Of a DNA stretch of 30,458 nt, positions 1-8,023 are shown one piece after another. Position numbers and translations under genes: made by a program. Numbering within the stretch: the first letter of the stretch is position 1; the number at the start of each line of letters is the position of its first letter. Source of the DNA: a virus (taxonomy: Duplodnaviria > Caudoviricetes); IMG/VR virus record IMGVR_UViG_3300026302_000100, positions 1 through 30,458 of that record, one strand, 5' to 3'. The notes below the pieces were generated by a model. That model did not search any database. It was not told where the DNA came from and was given only the letters and a program-made list of their open reading frames with translations.

Positions 1-273
1 TCATTTCAGCGCCTCCTTGATAGCGTCAGCGCATTCATTTGCAGCCCAATAGCCGCTTCCGTCTTCTGCAGGATCGCGCTGCGGGTATTCCTCGCACACC
101 TTCACAGCCACATCGCGGGCGTGCTGTATGGCGGCTTGCCAGCCCCACCATTGAAGGCACACCCATGCGGTCGTGTAGTCATCGTCCGGGCCTCTGGCAA
201 GCGCCTGCGCTTCCCCCGCTTCGGATTCGATCATGCTCTTGATATGCGCCTCAAATGCTTCACGGCTGTTCAT
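1..273 (-). CDS. Phage hypothetical protein (90 aa)
   Basis: Coupled to upstream ORF by ATGA overlap; 'SREAFEA...W.GWQAA' and 'ECADAIKEALK' are typical of lambdoid early-left mosaic proteins. Confidence 0.75.
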   Translation of the reverse strand: MNSREAFEAHIKSMIESEAGEAQALARGPDDDYTTAWVCLQWWGWQAAIQHARDVAVKVCEEYPQRDPAEDGSGYWAANECADAIKEALK

Positions 274-557
274 GGCATTGGCTCCTTTCGGACTTCAACG
301 GCCTCATCGCGAGAGCATCTTTTTCCGCATCCCTTGCGGTCAAATGTCACCGTCTCGCCGCTGGTACACGTTACCCATTTGGTCGTGCCATTTCTTCGGT
401 CGCTGTAATAGTGCAGTGTGCATCCATTGCCAACGTCGCGTTTTTCATGTGTGACATCTGGATAGGATGGGCGCTCTGGCATCGTAAAGCCAGCTACGCC
501 CCACATCCAAAGCAGTACGCCAGCCACGGCAGCGCAAACCCAAAGAATGAACGTCAT
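270..557 (-). CDS. Small membrane-anchored/exported hypothetical protein
   Basis: N-terminal hydrophobic helix (FILWVCAAVAGVLLWMWGV), four Cys in the soluble part; overlaps neighbours by 4 nt. Confidence 0.7.
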   Translation of the reverse strand: MTFILWVCAAVAGVLLWMWGVAGFTMPERPSYPDVTHEKRDVGNGCTLHYYSDRRNGTTKWVTCTSGETVTFDRKGCGKRCSRDEAVEVRKEPMP

Positions 558-937
558 TGCTTACCTCCCTGAGCCTTGATAGCGCGATCTGCCAGCGTGT
601 CCACGGCGTCTTCCCATGCAGTGGTCATGGCGACGTAACCCGGCGTGCTTCGCAGGCGCAGCAGTTTGCCCAGCATCGGCTCTTTGCGGAACTCGCGCAC
701 GCCTTCTATCAGGTGGTCAAGCAGTTCCCGGTCGCTGGGCGCATCCTCTGCTGGCTGCTGTACTGCTGGCTGCGCTGCGAGTAGTGCGCGGGCCTTCCAG
801 CCTTTCCAAACTTCGCAGTATGTGTGCGCGGCCCATGCGTTGTATTCGGTTACCGCGTAGCCGTCGCCACATCGGATGCAGCTAGGCGGTATCGGGAATT
901 GCTTTTCAAAAGCGGCCTGTTCATCGCTCAGTGTCAT
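554..937 (-). CDS. Phage hypothetical protein (127 aa)
   Basis: ATGA-coupled; AAGGAG SD upstream; 'AFEKQF...WKGWKARA' mosaic module. Confidence 0.75.
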   Translation of the reverse strand: MTLSDEQAAFEKQFPIPPSCIRCGDGYAVTEYNAWAAHTYCEVWKGWKARALLAAQPAVQQPAEDAPSDRELLDHLIEGVREFRKEPMLGKLLRLRSTPGYVAMTTAWEDAVDTLADRAIKAQGGKQ

Positions 938-1500
938 GCTGTCTGCTCCTTTGCCTGCGGTGCTGCTGCGACAACTTGAGGGCCAAGGCGTGCGCGAAGG
1001 TCTTCAAGGGCTTTCTCTGCGGCAACAGCACGGTCCAGCAGGCTTTCAGCGGACTTCATGCAGTCGTCGGCCTCCTGCTTCCACGTCACGGGCCACAGCG
1101 GGCCGCAGCCATTGGGACACGGCTCCGTCTTGTTGTTGCCCGCCGTCACGGTGCCAACATTGACGTTCAGGTTCATGCGGTGCAGCTTGAATTTGCACCG
1201 GGCGCAGTGCATCACGCCGGGAACAAAATCGGGCGCGGGTTGCGGCACTCTCTGCGCAAGCACAAGCCGTAGCGCTGATTCGAGGGCGGCGCGGGCTTTG
1301 TCAAATGGCGCAATGTCTTCTTCTGCCGATGCGCCGACAAGCTCATCAGCAAGCGCCATCAGCCCAGCCACATCCACCCCCGCAGCAGCGCGGAGTAGGG
1401 CGGCGGCTTCGCGCAAGTTGTTTCCATCATGATGACCGCTTGGATATTCCATATGCGCAATATTTTCCAGCGCATCTGCCAGCTTGTTGAGGTCTGTCAT
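934..1500 (-). CDS. Phage hypothetical protein with CxxC...CPNGC putative Zn-binding module
   Basis: Start moved to ATG 1500 (MTDLNKL, GAGGA SD); HCARC and PCPNGCG motifs. Confidence 0.7.
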   Translation of the reverse strand: MTDLNKLADALENIAHMEYPSGHHDGNNLREAAALLRAAAGVDVAGLMALADELVGASAEEDIAPFDKARAALESALRLVLAQRVPQPAPDFVPGVMHCARCKFKLHRMNLNVNVGTVTAGNNKTEPCPNGCGPLWPVTWKQEADDCMKSAESLLDRAVAAEKALEDLRARLGPQVVAAAPQAKEQTA

Positions 1501-1501
1501 G

Positions 1502-1792
1502 TCATTCCTCGCTGATTTGAAGAAGCACCTCGGCTGGTACGCCCAGCGCAAACGCCCTGCGCGTGGCCTTGATGGGGAGCGAAATGCGGCCGTTTACGAC
1601 CTCGCTGTAATGGTTTTGCCTCATGCCCAGCAGCTCGCAGAATTCGGCGCGCGTGAGGCAGTAGGCTTCGCGGCGAAACTCAAGCGCATCGGCCACGGAA
1701 ACTTTGTGCTTTCGCGGGCGCACATCACGACGCAGCCTGCGCATGACAGACGCTGTGGATTCGCGCCTGTTAAGCTTGTTCAGGTCGATCAT
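1502..1792 (-). CDS. XRE-family HTH protein resembling the HigA C-terminal domain
   Basis: Start ATG 1792 (MIDLNKL, AAGGA SD); 'ALEFRRE...LTRAEFCELLG...YSEVVNGRISLP...LGVPAEVLL'. Confidence 0.7.
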   Translation of the reverse strand: MIDLNKLNRRESTASVMRRLRRDVRPRKHKVSVADALEFRREAYCLTRAEFCELLGMRQNHYSEVVNGRISLPIKATRRAFALGVPAEVLLQISEE

Positions 1793-2370
1793 GTTCCGTT
1801 CCTTGCGGCGATAGCCGCGTCCTTCAATGCGCGGGCATCTGCCGAGATTACATCCATGCGGCGCTCTGCACTGCGAAGCTCGGGCCGGTCTTCCACGTAG
1901 TTGGTCAGCCCGTTGGCTTCGTTGATGGCCCTGTCGTACAGCCGCGTCCATGCAATCACCCGTGCCACAAGCTCTGCATTGAGGGCCTGCGCCGCTGCGA
2001 GAGTTGAGGCGGGGACAAGCGGCACTACCTCGCGTGTATGGTCCGGGAAATCTCGGTCAAGGTTTCTTTTGCCACGGTTCGCTTCAATTTCCGAAGTGTG
2101 AATATTGTTTACATGCTCGCCGTCACAAGTGACGCTCCACGCCACCACTTGCACATCCTTCGCAGCATCAGCCAGGATGGCAGAGCGGAGCCCTGATGCG
2201 CAGCCTGCAAGGATGGCGTCCCGCTGGCCTGCATATGCAATGCTGCCGGTGTCGTGACGGAGATCGTCACGCTGTGCCCATTGAGCCGCCGCGCACCATC
2301 CTTTTTCAAAGGCCGCTTTCAGCGCCATCTCCACCAGCTTGTCGCTGGCCTTGTCGGTGTTGGTGGTCAT
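1789..2370 (-). CDS. Phage hypothetical protein (mosaic, ead/Ea22-like style)
   Basis: Start ATG 2370 with GGAG SD; 'VVAW...REVVPL' module and C-terminal coiled coil. Confidence 0.65.
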   Translation of the reverse strand: MTTNTDKASDKLVEMALKAAFEKGWCAAAQWAQRDDLRHDTGSIAYAGQRDAILAGCASGLRSAILADAAKDVQVVAWSVTCDGEHVNNIHTSEIEANRGKRNLDRDFPDHTREVVPLVPASTLAAAQALNAELVARVIAWTRLYDRAINEANGLTNYVEDRPELRSAERRMDVISADARALKDAAIAARNGT

Positions 2371-2606
2371 GATTGTTGCTCCCGTGCGATCTTGGCCGCG
2401 CGCTTCAACTGGCGGCACAAAGCGTTAACGTCATCGACGTTGATGTTTATGCGGCTGGCCGGAACTTCAATCCAGATTTCCGCGTCGCTATCGGGATAGA
2501 CGCCAACACAGATAGCGCCTTCGTAGTTTTCGCCGTTGCCAAAATGCGAAGTCATGGCGGCTGTGCAGCGTTCCGTGGCTGCTGCAAATTCGTGAGTGAC
2601 CATCAC
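2367..2606 (-). CDS. Phage hypothetical protein (79 aa)
   Basis: Fills gap with 4-nt overlaps at both ends. Confidence 0.7.
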   Translation of the reverse strand: MMVTHEFAAATERCTAAMTSHFGNGENYEGAICVGVYPDSDAEIWIEVPASRININVDDVNALCRQLKRAAKIAREQQS

Positions 2607-3466
2607 ACACCCCCAATCACACCGTCAGCCGGGATGCGCAACTTGTTGACTTCGCAGAATTTGCGCTGGATGGCCTCAACGTATTCACCCGGCCCCCATC
2701 CGACTTGCTCAGACAGCGCCACATCATTCAATTCGTCTCGCGTCAGCATACGCACATCCGCAGGGGTAGCGCCACTGGAGGCGCGGTCAGCGTTAGATGC
2801 CGGTCGAAGTTCGCTTGCGCAGTGCCATTGATAGTCAGAGCAGCGCACGCCTGAATCGTCGCTGATGCTCCAAACTTCAACGGTCCTTCCGTCTGGCGTC
2901 AAAACCTTCATGCCGCGCTTAACCTCAAACGGCTCCGGGCTCGCCTGCACCACGGGTGCCTGCGATGGTTGGGAGGTAACGGTACTTGCCCCGTGATGCC
3001 ACAGGAAAGCGCAGTACGCGGCTACGTCGCGCGGGTCGCCCTTGGCGATGTGATCCATCAGCTTGGCGCGGCATTCGTCCATCCAATCCGGCGACAGCCA
3101 GCCGTCGCTGTATCCGTACTTTGTCTCGGCTGCTGCCAGCTTCTTGGACAAGGCGCGGGCAAAGCGCACGACCAGATTGATCGTTGCTGGGTGCAAGGCT
3201 GCGCCATTGGTCAACCACGGCGCAAGGCGCTGCTCTATCTCAGGCGGCAATGCAGCATCGTGCCAGCGGTCGGCGGTCGGCGCAGCTTGAGCGGCAAGGC
3301 GCTCGACTTCGGCGCGGAATGCTTCTTGCGCGTCGCGCATTTCTCGCAGCGCCGCGTCTTCTTCCTCGGCGGTGCGTCCGCGTTTTCCTAGCTCTTTCCA
3401 CTTGGCGAAAGTGACGCAACAAGGGTTCAATAGCGCCATCACAGATTCAACAGTAGCTTTGTCCAT
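2603..3466 (-). CDS. Multi-module phage protein with a putative all-alpha (MazG/dATP-dGTP pyrophosphohydrolase-like) domain
   Basis: Start ATG 3466 (AAGGA SD); central 'FARALSKKLAAAETKYGYSDGW...LMDHIAKGDPRDVAAYCAFLWHH' module; fold assignment is inference. Confidence 0.6.
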   Translation of the reverse strand: MDKATVESVMALLNPCCVTFAKWKELGKRGRTAEEEDAALREMRDAQEAFRAEVERLAAQAAPTADRWHDAALPPEIEQRLAPWLTNGAALHPATINLVVRFARALSKKLAAAETKYGYSDGWLSPDWMDECRAKLMDHIAKGDPRDVAAYCAFLWHHGASTVTSQPSQAPVVQASPEPFEVKRGMKVLTPDGRTVEVWSISDDSGVRCSDYQWHCASELRPASNADRASSGATPADVRMLTRDELNDVALSEQVGWGPGEYVEAIQRKFCEVNKLRIPADGVIGGV

Positions 3467-3467
3467 G

Positions 3468-3641
3468 TCAGTCCTTTGGAGGGGTGGGGAGGGCGGCAGA
3501 TTCTTCCGCACGCCTGCGCTGGCTTGCAGCCCAGCAAAGCAGCCGGGCATGGAATGCGTGCTGGTGTCGCCTCACCCGGGCCTGGGCGAGATAGACACGG
3601 GCCTGGTGGATGGCGCTGGTGCGCTCGGGGATGGGCTTCAT
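3468..3641 (-). CDS. Small basic phage hypothetical protein (57 aa)
   Basis: ATG 3641 preceded by AGGA; 'ARVYLAQARVRR...LLCWAASQRRRA'. Confidence 0.6.
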   Translation of the reverse strand: MKPIPERTSAIHQARVYLAQARVRRHQHAFHARLLCWAASQRRRAEESAALPTPPKD

Positions 3642-3660
3642 GCTGTCCTGCTTGTTGTAG

Positions 3661-3726
3661 ATAGACCCCACCGTCCCCATTGCTTACTTCGCATGCTTTT
3701 CAGCGGCGGTACTGGGTGGGGTCTGT
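3661..3726 (-). other. Intergenic long stem-loop, candidate structured RNA element
   Basis: ACAGACCCCACC...GGTGGGGTCTAT outer stem enclosing GCT-GAAAA-GCATGC-GAAGTA-AGC. Confidence 0.5.
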
Positions 3727-3732
3727 ATGGGA

Positions 3733-5562
3733 TCAGGCCGCCTGCTTTGCCTGCACGGCTTCAATGTGGGCCACCATGGCGGCGTACATCGCCGGCAGGT
3801 CTGTCAACTTGTAGAGCTTTGCGGCACCAGTGGAGGCCTCCTGCTTGAAGCCCAGCGCGGCCAGGCCGTCTGCGGTGATGGACAGCGGGGCGATGGCGGC
3901 ATTGATGTCCCCCAGCTTCACGCGCGCGCCGGTATCGGCTGGCGGGGCAGTGGGGCGGGTCAGGGGCAGCACTTGCGCCGTCTTGATGGCAGCGCTGGCC
4001 GCCAGACTGGAACTCAGTTCATGCGCCACTTGTCCCAGTTCATCCAGCAAAGGGGTCAGGCCATCGTCCGGGTCTGCCTCTTTGATGTTGGCCTGGATCG
4101 TCTTGTTCAGCGCGGCTGCTTCGTCGGCCAGGCGCTTTGTCTCGGCCTGCTCTGCCGCCAGCTTTTCCCGCGCTTCCTTCTCGGCCTTGGCCTGTTCTTC
4201 CTTGCGGATGCGCTCGCGCTCGCGCTCGACCGCTTCCTCGGCGCGCTTCATCTCGGCCGCTTGGTGCTGGGTCACGCGGGCACGGGCCAGCATGCGCACG
4301 TCATCCGGCGACTTCCCGATGAAGGACAGGCGATCGGCAAACAGGTGCTCGAACCCCTTGGACGCTTTATCCAGGGCCGCCAGCGCTGCGCGGATGTTGC
4401 GCGCAGAGGTGTCGGCGGCGATCTTGCCCTGCGCCAGAGCCGTGTCCAGCGCGTCCTGCATGCTGGCAAAGTTGCGCTTTCCCTTGATGGCGCCGGACCA
4501 GTCGGGCGCAACCAGCACGATCCACGGACCGCCGGTGTCGGCCTTGGCGGCTTCAATGTGAGCGTCGTAGGCACGGCGCGCGGTGTCGATCATGGCCGCC
4601 TTCTTGGCCTTGTCCTCGCGCTCCACGTCCTTTTCCAGCTGCAGGGCCGTCAGGCGCATGTCCTCGCACCAGGCGTCAATCATCCGGGCGGCTTCGCCCA
4701 CGGTGACGGTCTGGGCCAGCATGGCGTCTTTGGCCAGCTTCGCGGCATCGATGTTCTCGCGCAGCAGCTTGGCCGATTCCTTGGCGTTGGAAAAGTCTTG
4801 ATCGGTCACCAGCTGGATGGCGCGGATTTGGGCCAGGCGCGCGGCCAGGGCCTCGCCGTATTCCTTCATGTTACTGGTGGTGATTTCGCCCTTGGCCTGA
4901 ATAAACAGGGCGGGCAGCGCCACGGTTACCTCGGGCTTGGGCATTTCCTTGACTTCGGCGGGCACGTAGGTTTTCAGGTCCGCATCAAACTGCTTCCAGC
5001 CCGCCAGGATTTCAGCGCGCAGGTCGGCATCGCTGGAGTACCAGCAGCGGCGTACATCGGAACCGTCCTTGGTCGCAGCCGTGAACAGCACGCGGTCACC
5101 ACCGCACACCATGAGCTGCTGCTCCATCTGCACGCGGTACATCTTGGGCAGATCGGCGGCGTCGTTGCCGTCAGGGCCAGGGGCGGGCAGGGCGGCGCGC
5201 AGCTTGTCGTTCAGGGTCTTGCATTCGTAGGCCGTGTCTTCCAGCAAGGTCAGGCCGTCGAAGCTGGCCGACAGTTCGATGTCCCCGAAGCGTTCGCAGC
5301 CCACGACCGGGTACAGCTGTTCGCCAATGACTTCCTCCGCGCCGGGCAGCTGGGCTTCTTCAATGGCGTGGCCGTCGTCAAAGCGGCGCTGCAGCTCGGC
5401 GGTGGTCTCGGGGCGGATGCCGGTGAAAGCCTCGTGCAGCAGTTCGCTGCGCGTCTTGTATTCCGAGCATCCCAGCATGGCCGGCGCATCGCTGGCGTTC
5501 TTGGAGGCTGCGCGGTGGGCGTGCCAGTTGGCATCGCCTTGGATCAGGTTCAGGGTCTTCAC
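3733..5562 (-). CDS. YqaJ/lambda-exonuclease-family recombination nuclease with long C-terminal coiled coil
   Basis: 'W...R...ASDAPAMLG', 'GHAIEE', 'ASFDGL...YECK', 'YRVQMEQQLMV' motifs; GTG start with AAGGA SD. Confidence 0.9.
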   Translation of the reverse strand: MKTLNLIQGDANWHAHRAASKNASDAPAMLGCSEYKTRSELLHEAFTGIRPETTAELQRRFDDGHAIEEAQLPGAEEVIGEQLYPVVGCERFGDIELSASFDGLTLLEDTAYECKTLNDKLRAALPAPGPDGNDAADLPKMYRVQMEQQLMVCGGDRVLFTAATKDGSDVRRCWYSSDADLRAEILAGWKQFDADLKTYVPAEVKEMPKPEVTVALPALFIQAKGEITTSNMKEYGEALAARLAQIRAIQLVTDQDFSNAKESAKLLRENIDAAKLAKDAMLAQTVTVGEAARMIDAWCEDMRLTALQLEKDVEREDKAKKAAMIDTARRAYDAHIEAAKADTGGPWIVLVAPDWSGAIKGKRNFASMQDALDTALAQGKIAADTSARNIRAALAALDKASKGFEHLFADRLSFIGKSPDDVRMLARARVTQHQAAEMKRAEEAVERERERIRKEEQAKAEKEAREKLAAEQAETKRLADEAAALNKTIQANIKEADPDDGLTPLLDELGQVAHELSSSLAASAAIKTAQVLPLTRPTAPPADTGARVKLGDINAAIAPLSITADGLAALGFKQEASTGAAKLYKLTDLPAMYAAMVAHIEAVQAKQAA

Positions 5563-5572
5563 GGTGTTCCTT

Positions 5573-6547
5573 TCAGGCGGGGTTGATTTCAGCGGCGCGG
5601 CGCTCGTACAGCGCAGTCAGTTCCTTGCGCTGCGCTTCGTCGGCCACGGTGGTGATCAGGCTGCCGGCTTCGGCCAGCTTGTCGGCGTCGGCGGCCTTGT
5701 TCAGCCGGTCGGCCACCTGGGCGTAGGTCATGACGATTTCGTCAGCGGCGGGCTTGGTCAGCGCGTTGATCTGCGCCTGCTGTGCCGGGGTCAATTCGCC
5801 CTTGGACTTGGCCAGCGCCGTGATGTCGGCAGCGGTCTTCATGCCAGCCTCGACGGCCTTCTTCCAGCGGGGGAATTGCTCGTTGAACTTGTCGTCCGGC
5901 CAGATGGGCGGGGCCTGGGGTTGGTCCGGCTGGCGGTCGTCGCCCTCGCGGCGCGTCAGGTGTTCGCGCAGCGCGGCGTCCATGTCCTCCAGGTCTTGCC
6001 CGAACATATCGCCGCAGGCCGTGACGTTGATCGTCATGGCGATCTTGGCGCGCTTGTTCGCCATCTTGAGGATGGTGTTGGCCAGGTCGGCGGGCTCGGT
6101 GCGGACCTGCTTGGTCTTGTACTTGCCCATCTTGATGCGGCGCAGGTTCTCGGGGGTCGCGTCGAATTCGTCGTCCCACGCCTTGCGCCACTTGTACTTT
6201 TCTTCGCCGCTGGACGCCTCGCCCATGCCGGTGCCCAGCACGGTGCCGCTGATCTGGTGGCTGCCTGTGCAGGTCACGCGGTAGCGCACCATGTCCGGGG
6301 TGGACAGGTCTTCGACGCTGTAGGTGTCAGACACGCGGAAAGCCATGCACAGCACTTCCGCGCCCTGCTTGTACAGCGTAGGCTTGTCGGTGCCGGGGAT
6401 CACCCCGTAGTGAACGTCCGGCTTCATGACGGCCTTCATGACCTCTTGCACCATGGCGACGTGGCTGATGATGTCGGCCACAGCCATGCGGCCCGATCCG
6501 GTCGTTGCGGCGAGTGCGCCGGGTTTGATTTCTGCAACTGCGTTCAT
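5573..6547 (-). CDS. Putative single-strand annealing protein (Rad52/Sak-like), partner of the exonuclease
   Basis: 'HYGVIPGTDKPTLYKQGAE' and 'NTILKMANKRA...FGQDLED' motifs; directly upstream of YqaJ as in Red-like pairs. Confidence 0.7.
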   Translation of the reverse strand: MNAVAEIKPGALAATTGSGRMAVADIISHVAMVQEVMKAVMKPDVHYGVIPGTDKPTLYKQGAEVLCMAFRVSDTYSVEDLSTPDMVRYRVTCTGSHQISGTVLGTGMGEASSGEEKYKWRKAWDDEFDATPENLRRIKMGKYKTKQVRTEPADLANTILKMANKRAKIAMTINVTACGDMFGQDLEDMDAALREHLTRREGDDRQPDQPQAPPIWPDDKFNEQFPRWKKAVEAGMKTAADITALAKSKGELTPAQQAQINALTKPAADEIVMTYAQVADRLNKAADADKLAEAGSLITTVADEAQRKELTALYERRAAEINPA

Positions 6548-6555
6548 GGTGTTCC

Positions 6556-6821
6556 TCAGTGGTTAAACAAAAACCCGCCGGGCCCAAAAGTGAACACGAC
6601 AGCGGAAAAGATGGCGGCGGCGATCACCGCCATGGCGATGCGTGCCCAGGTAGAGGGCTTGCGGATGTGGGGCCTTCGATGCCGAAGTCCGTGGGCTGGG
6701 GCATGGGGTCGCGTGCCGGGCGCCGGGCCGGTGCTGGCTCATGCAGGTGGGTGTCCACGGCGCGGCCGTGCTCATGCGTGACCAGGTGGGCGCTGGCTGC
6801 GGTGGGGGTGGTCTCAGGCAT
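6556..6821 (-). pseudogene. Small C-terminally anchored membrane protein gene, apparently frameshifted (or two tiny overlapping ORFs)
   Basis: ATG 6821 frame stops at 6624; the -1 frame from about 6670 gives PHIRKPSTWARIAMAVIAAAIFSAVVFTFGPGGFLFNH* ending 6556, just before the next gene's SD. Confidence 0.5.
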
Positions 6822-7887
6822 TGCGCACCTCCGGGAAGCCGTCGTGAGTCTTGCCATCCAGCAGGCGGCCGGCGGCTTTCTTGCCGACACGATCCATGAT
6901 CGCCATTGGGTACGGCGTCGCGTCACTCAACGGCACCGCGAGCGGCTTTGCTGTAGTGGCGGCGCAGTCCGCCATGGTTCGCCTGTTCGGCGCCCACTCG
7001 CCCCATTGCTTGAACAGGAATGCCACGCCAGCGGCGTCGCACTGGTTGCGCAGGCTTCGGGCCCAGTCCGGGTGCATCGGGCGTGCGCCGTGGCCGCTTT
7101 CGCCGCCAGCGATGACCCAGTGCACCATGGCGTCCGATCGCCCGCGCAAGGGACGGATAACGCCGTGGTCACCGGTAAGGGCGTCGATCTCGCACACGTC
7201 AGAGTGCACCTGGCGAAGGGTCACCAGCCCCAGCAGCGGCTCCATGCTCAGGAACCGCACCGCCGCCGGCGTGGCCAGCAGCTTGGGGATGTCGCGGTCT
7301 GCTTCCTTCTGGTTGACTACCGTGGCGCCAAGCCAGACGTTGGGCCACGGCCACGGCAGAGGGCGCCAGCCGCCCAGGCGCTCGGCTGCTACGGCGTCAG
7401 CGATCATTTCCTTCGCATTGCCGATCCGCTTCGTAAGCAGGAGCCAGTCCAGGTTCGGGGTCTGCGAAATCAAGGCGAACAGATCACGGCGCCATTGCAC
7501 CGGCACCTCGTTGTCGAACACGTCGGCCAGGCTGGCGCAGAAGACGCGGCGGCGTGCAGCCACCAGGTTGCCGCTGCAGTCGATGTTGGGACAGAGCAAG
7601 CCAGCCACGGCGCCATCGCCACGCCAGCCACACACCGGGCACGCGCAGAAGGGTTGCGCATTCCACCGCTCCGGCTGGCGCCAGTTCGCGGGTGACGTGC
7701 GCACGCGCGGTGCCCCGGCGCCCCACAGTTCGCGGCCCTGGCCACGATGCACGCGCACCGGAGTCTCATGCTCTGCATAGCAGTGATCGCAGCCACCGCC
7801 GCCCGTGTCTTCAATGGAGACCTTTGTGCAGCCCATCCAGGGGTTGAACGTGGCATCGCACCACTCGATACTGGTGTTCTCAGCCAT
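6814..7887 (-). CDS. Phage Gp37/Gp68 family (DUF5131) protein
   Basis: 'MAENTSIEWCDATFNPWMGCTKVS...GCDHCYAE', 'RRRVFCASLADVFD', 'LLLTKR', 'RFLSMEPLLG', 'WVIAGGESG', 'FKQWGEW'. Confidence 0.92.
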   Translation of the reverse strand: MAENTSIEWCDATFNPWMGCTKVSIEDTGGGGCDHCYAEHETPVRVHRGQGRELWGAGAPRVRTSPANWRQPERWNAQPFCACPVCGWRGDGAVAGLLCPNIDCSGNLVAARRRVFCASLADVFDNEVPVQWRRDLFALISQTPNLDWLLLTKRIGNAKEMIADAVAAERLGGWRPLPWPWPNVWLGATVVNQKEADRDIPKLLATPAAVRFLSMEPLLGLVTLRQVHSDVCEIDALTGDHGVIRPLRGRSDAMVHWVIAGGESGHGARPMHPDWARSLRNQCDAAGVAFLFKQWGEWAPNRRTMADCAATTAKPLAVPLSDATPYPMAIMDRVGKKAAGRLLDGKTHDGFPEVRNA

Positions 7888-8023
7888 TCGCACACCTCAC
7901 GATCAGCAGCAGAAGGCAAAGCGCCAGCCAGCCCAGCAGGGCCCAGGTCAGAGGCTCCCGCTGCCCGCGGCCCTGGTCGGTGCGGCGGCTGATGCTGTCC
8001 AGCCATTGGCGAAAGCGGTCCAT
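7880..8023 (-). CDS. Small membrane protein (47 aa)
   Basis: TGATG coupling to upstream gene; C-terminal TM helix WALLGWLALCLLLLIV. Confidence 0.6.
   Translation of the reverse strand: MDRFRQWLDSISRRTDQGRGQREPLTWALLGWLALCLLLLIVRCANG

Noticed and set aside
3661..3726. Hammerhead or HDV-like ribozyme interpretation of the hairpin (CUGA..., GCAAUGGGGAC)
   Set aside because: Lacks the CUGANGA/GAAA core and I could not build the nested HDV pseudoknot; kept only as a generic structured RNA
3727..6781. Long plus-strand ORFs (619 aa, 515 aa) opposite the recombination genes
   Set aside because: Antisense shadows of high-GC3 genes; no SD or motifs and unnatural composition
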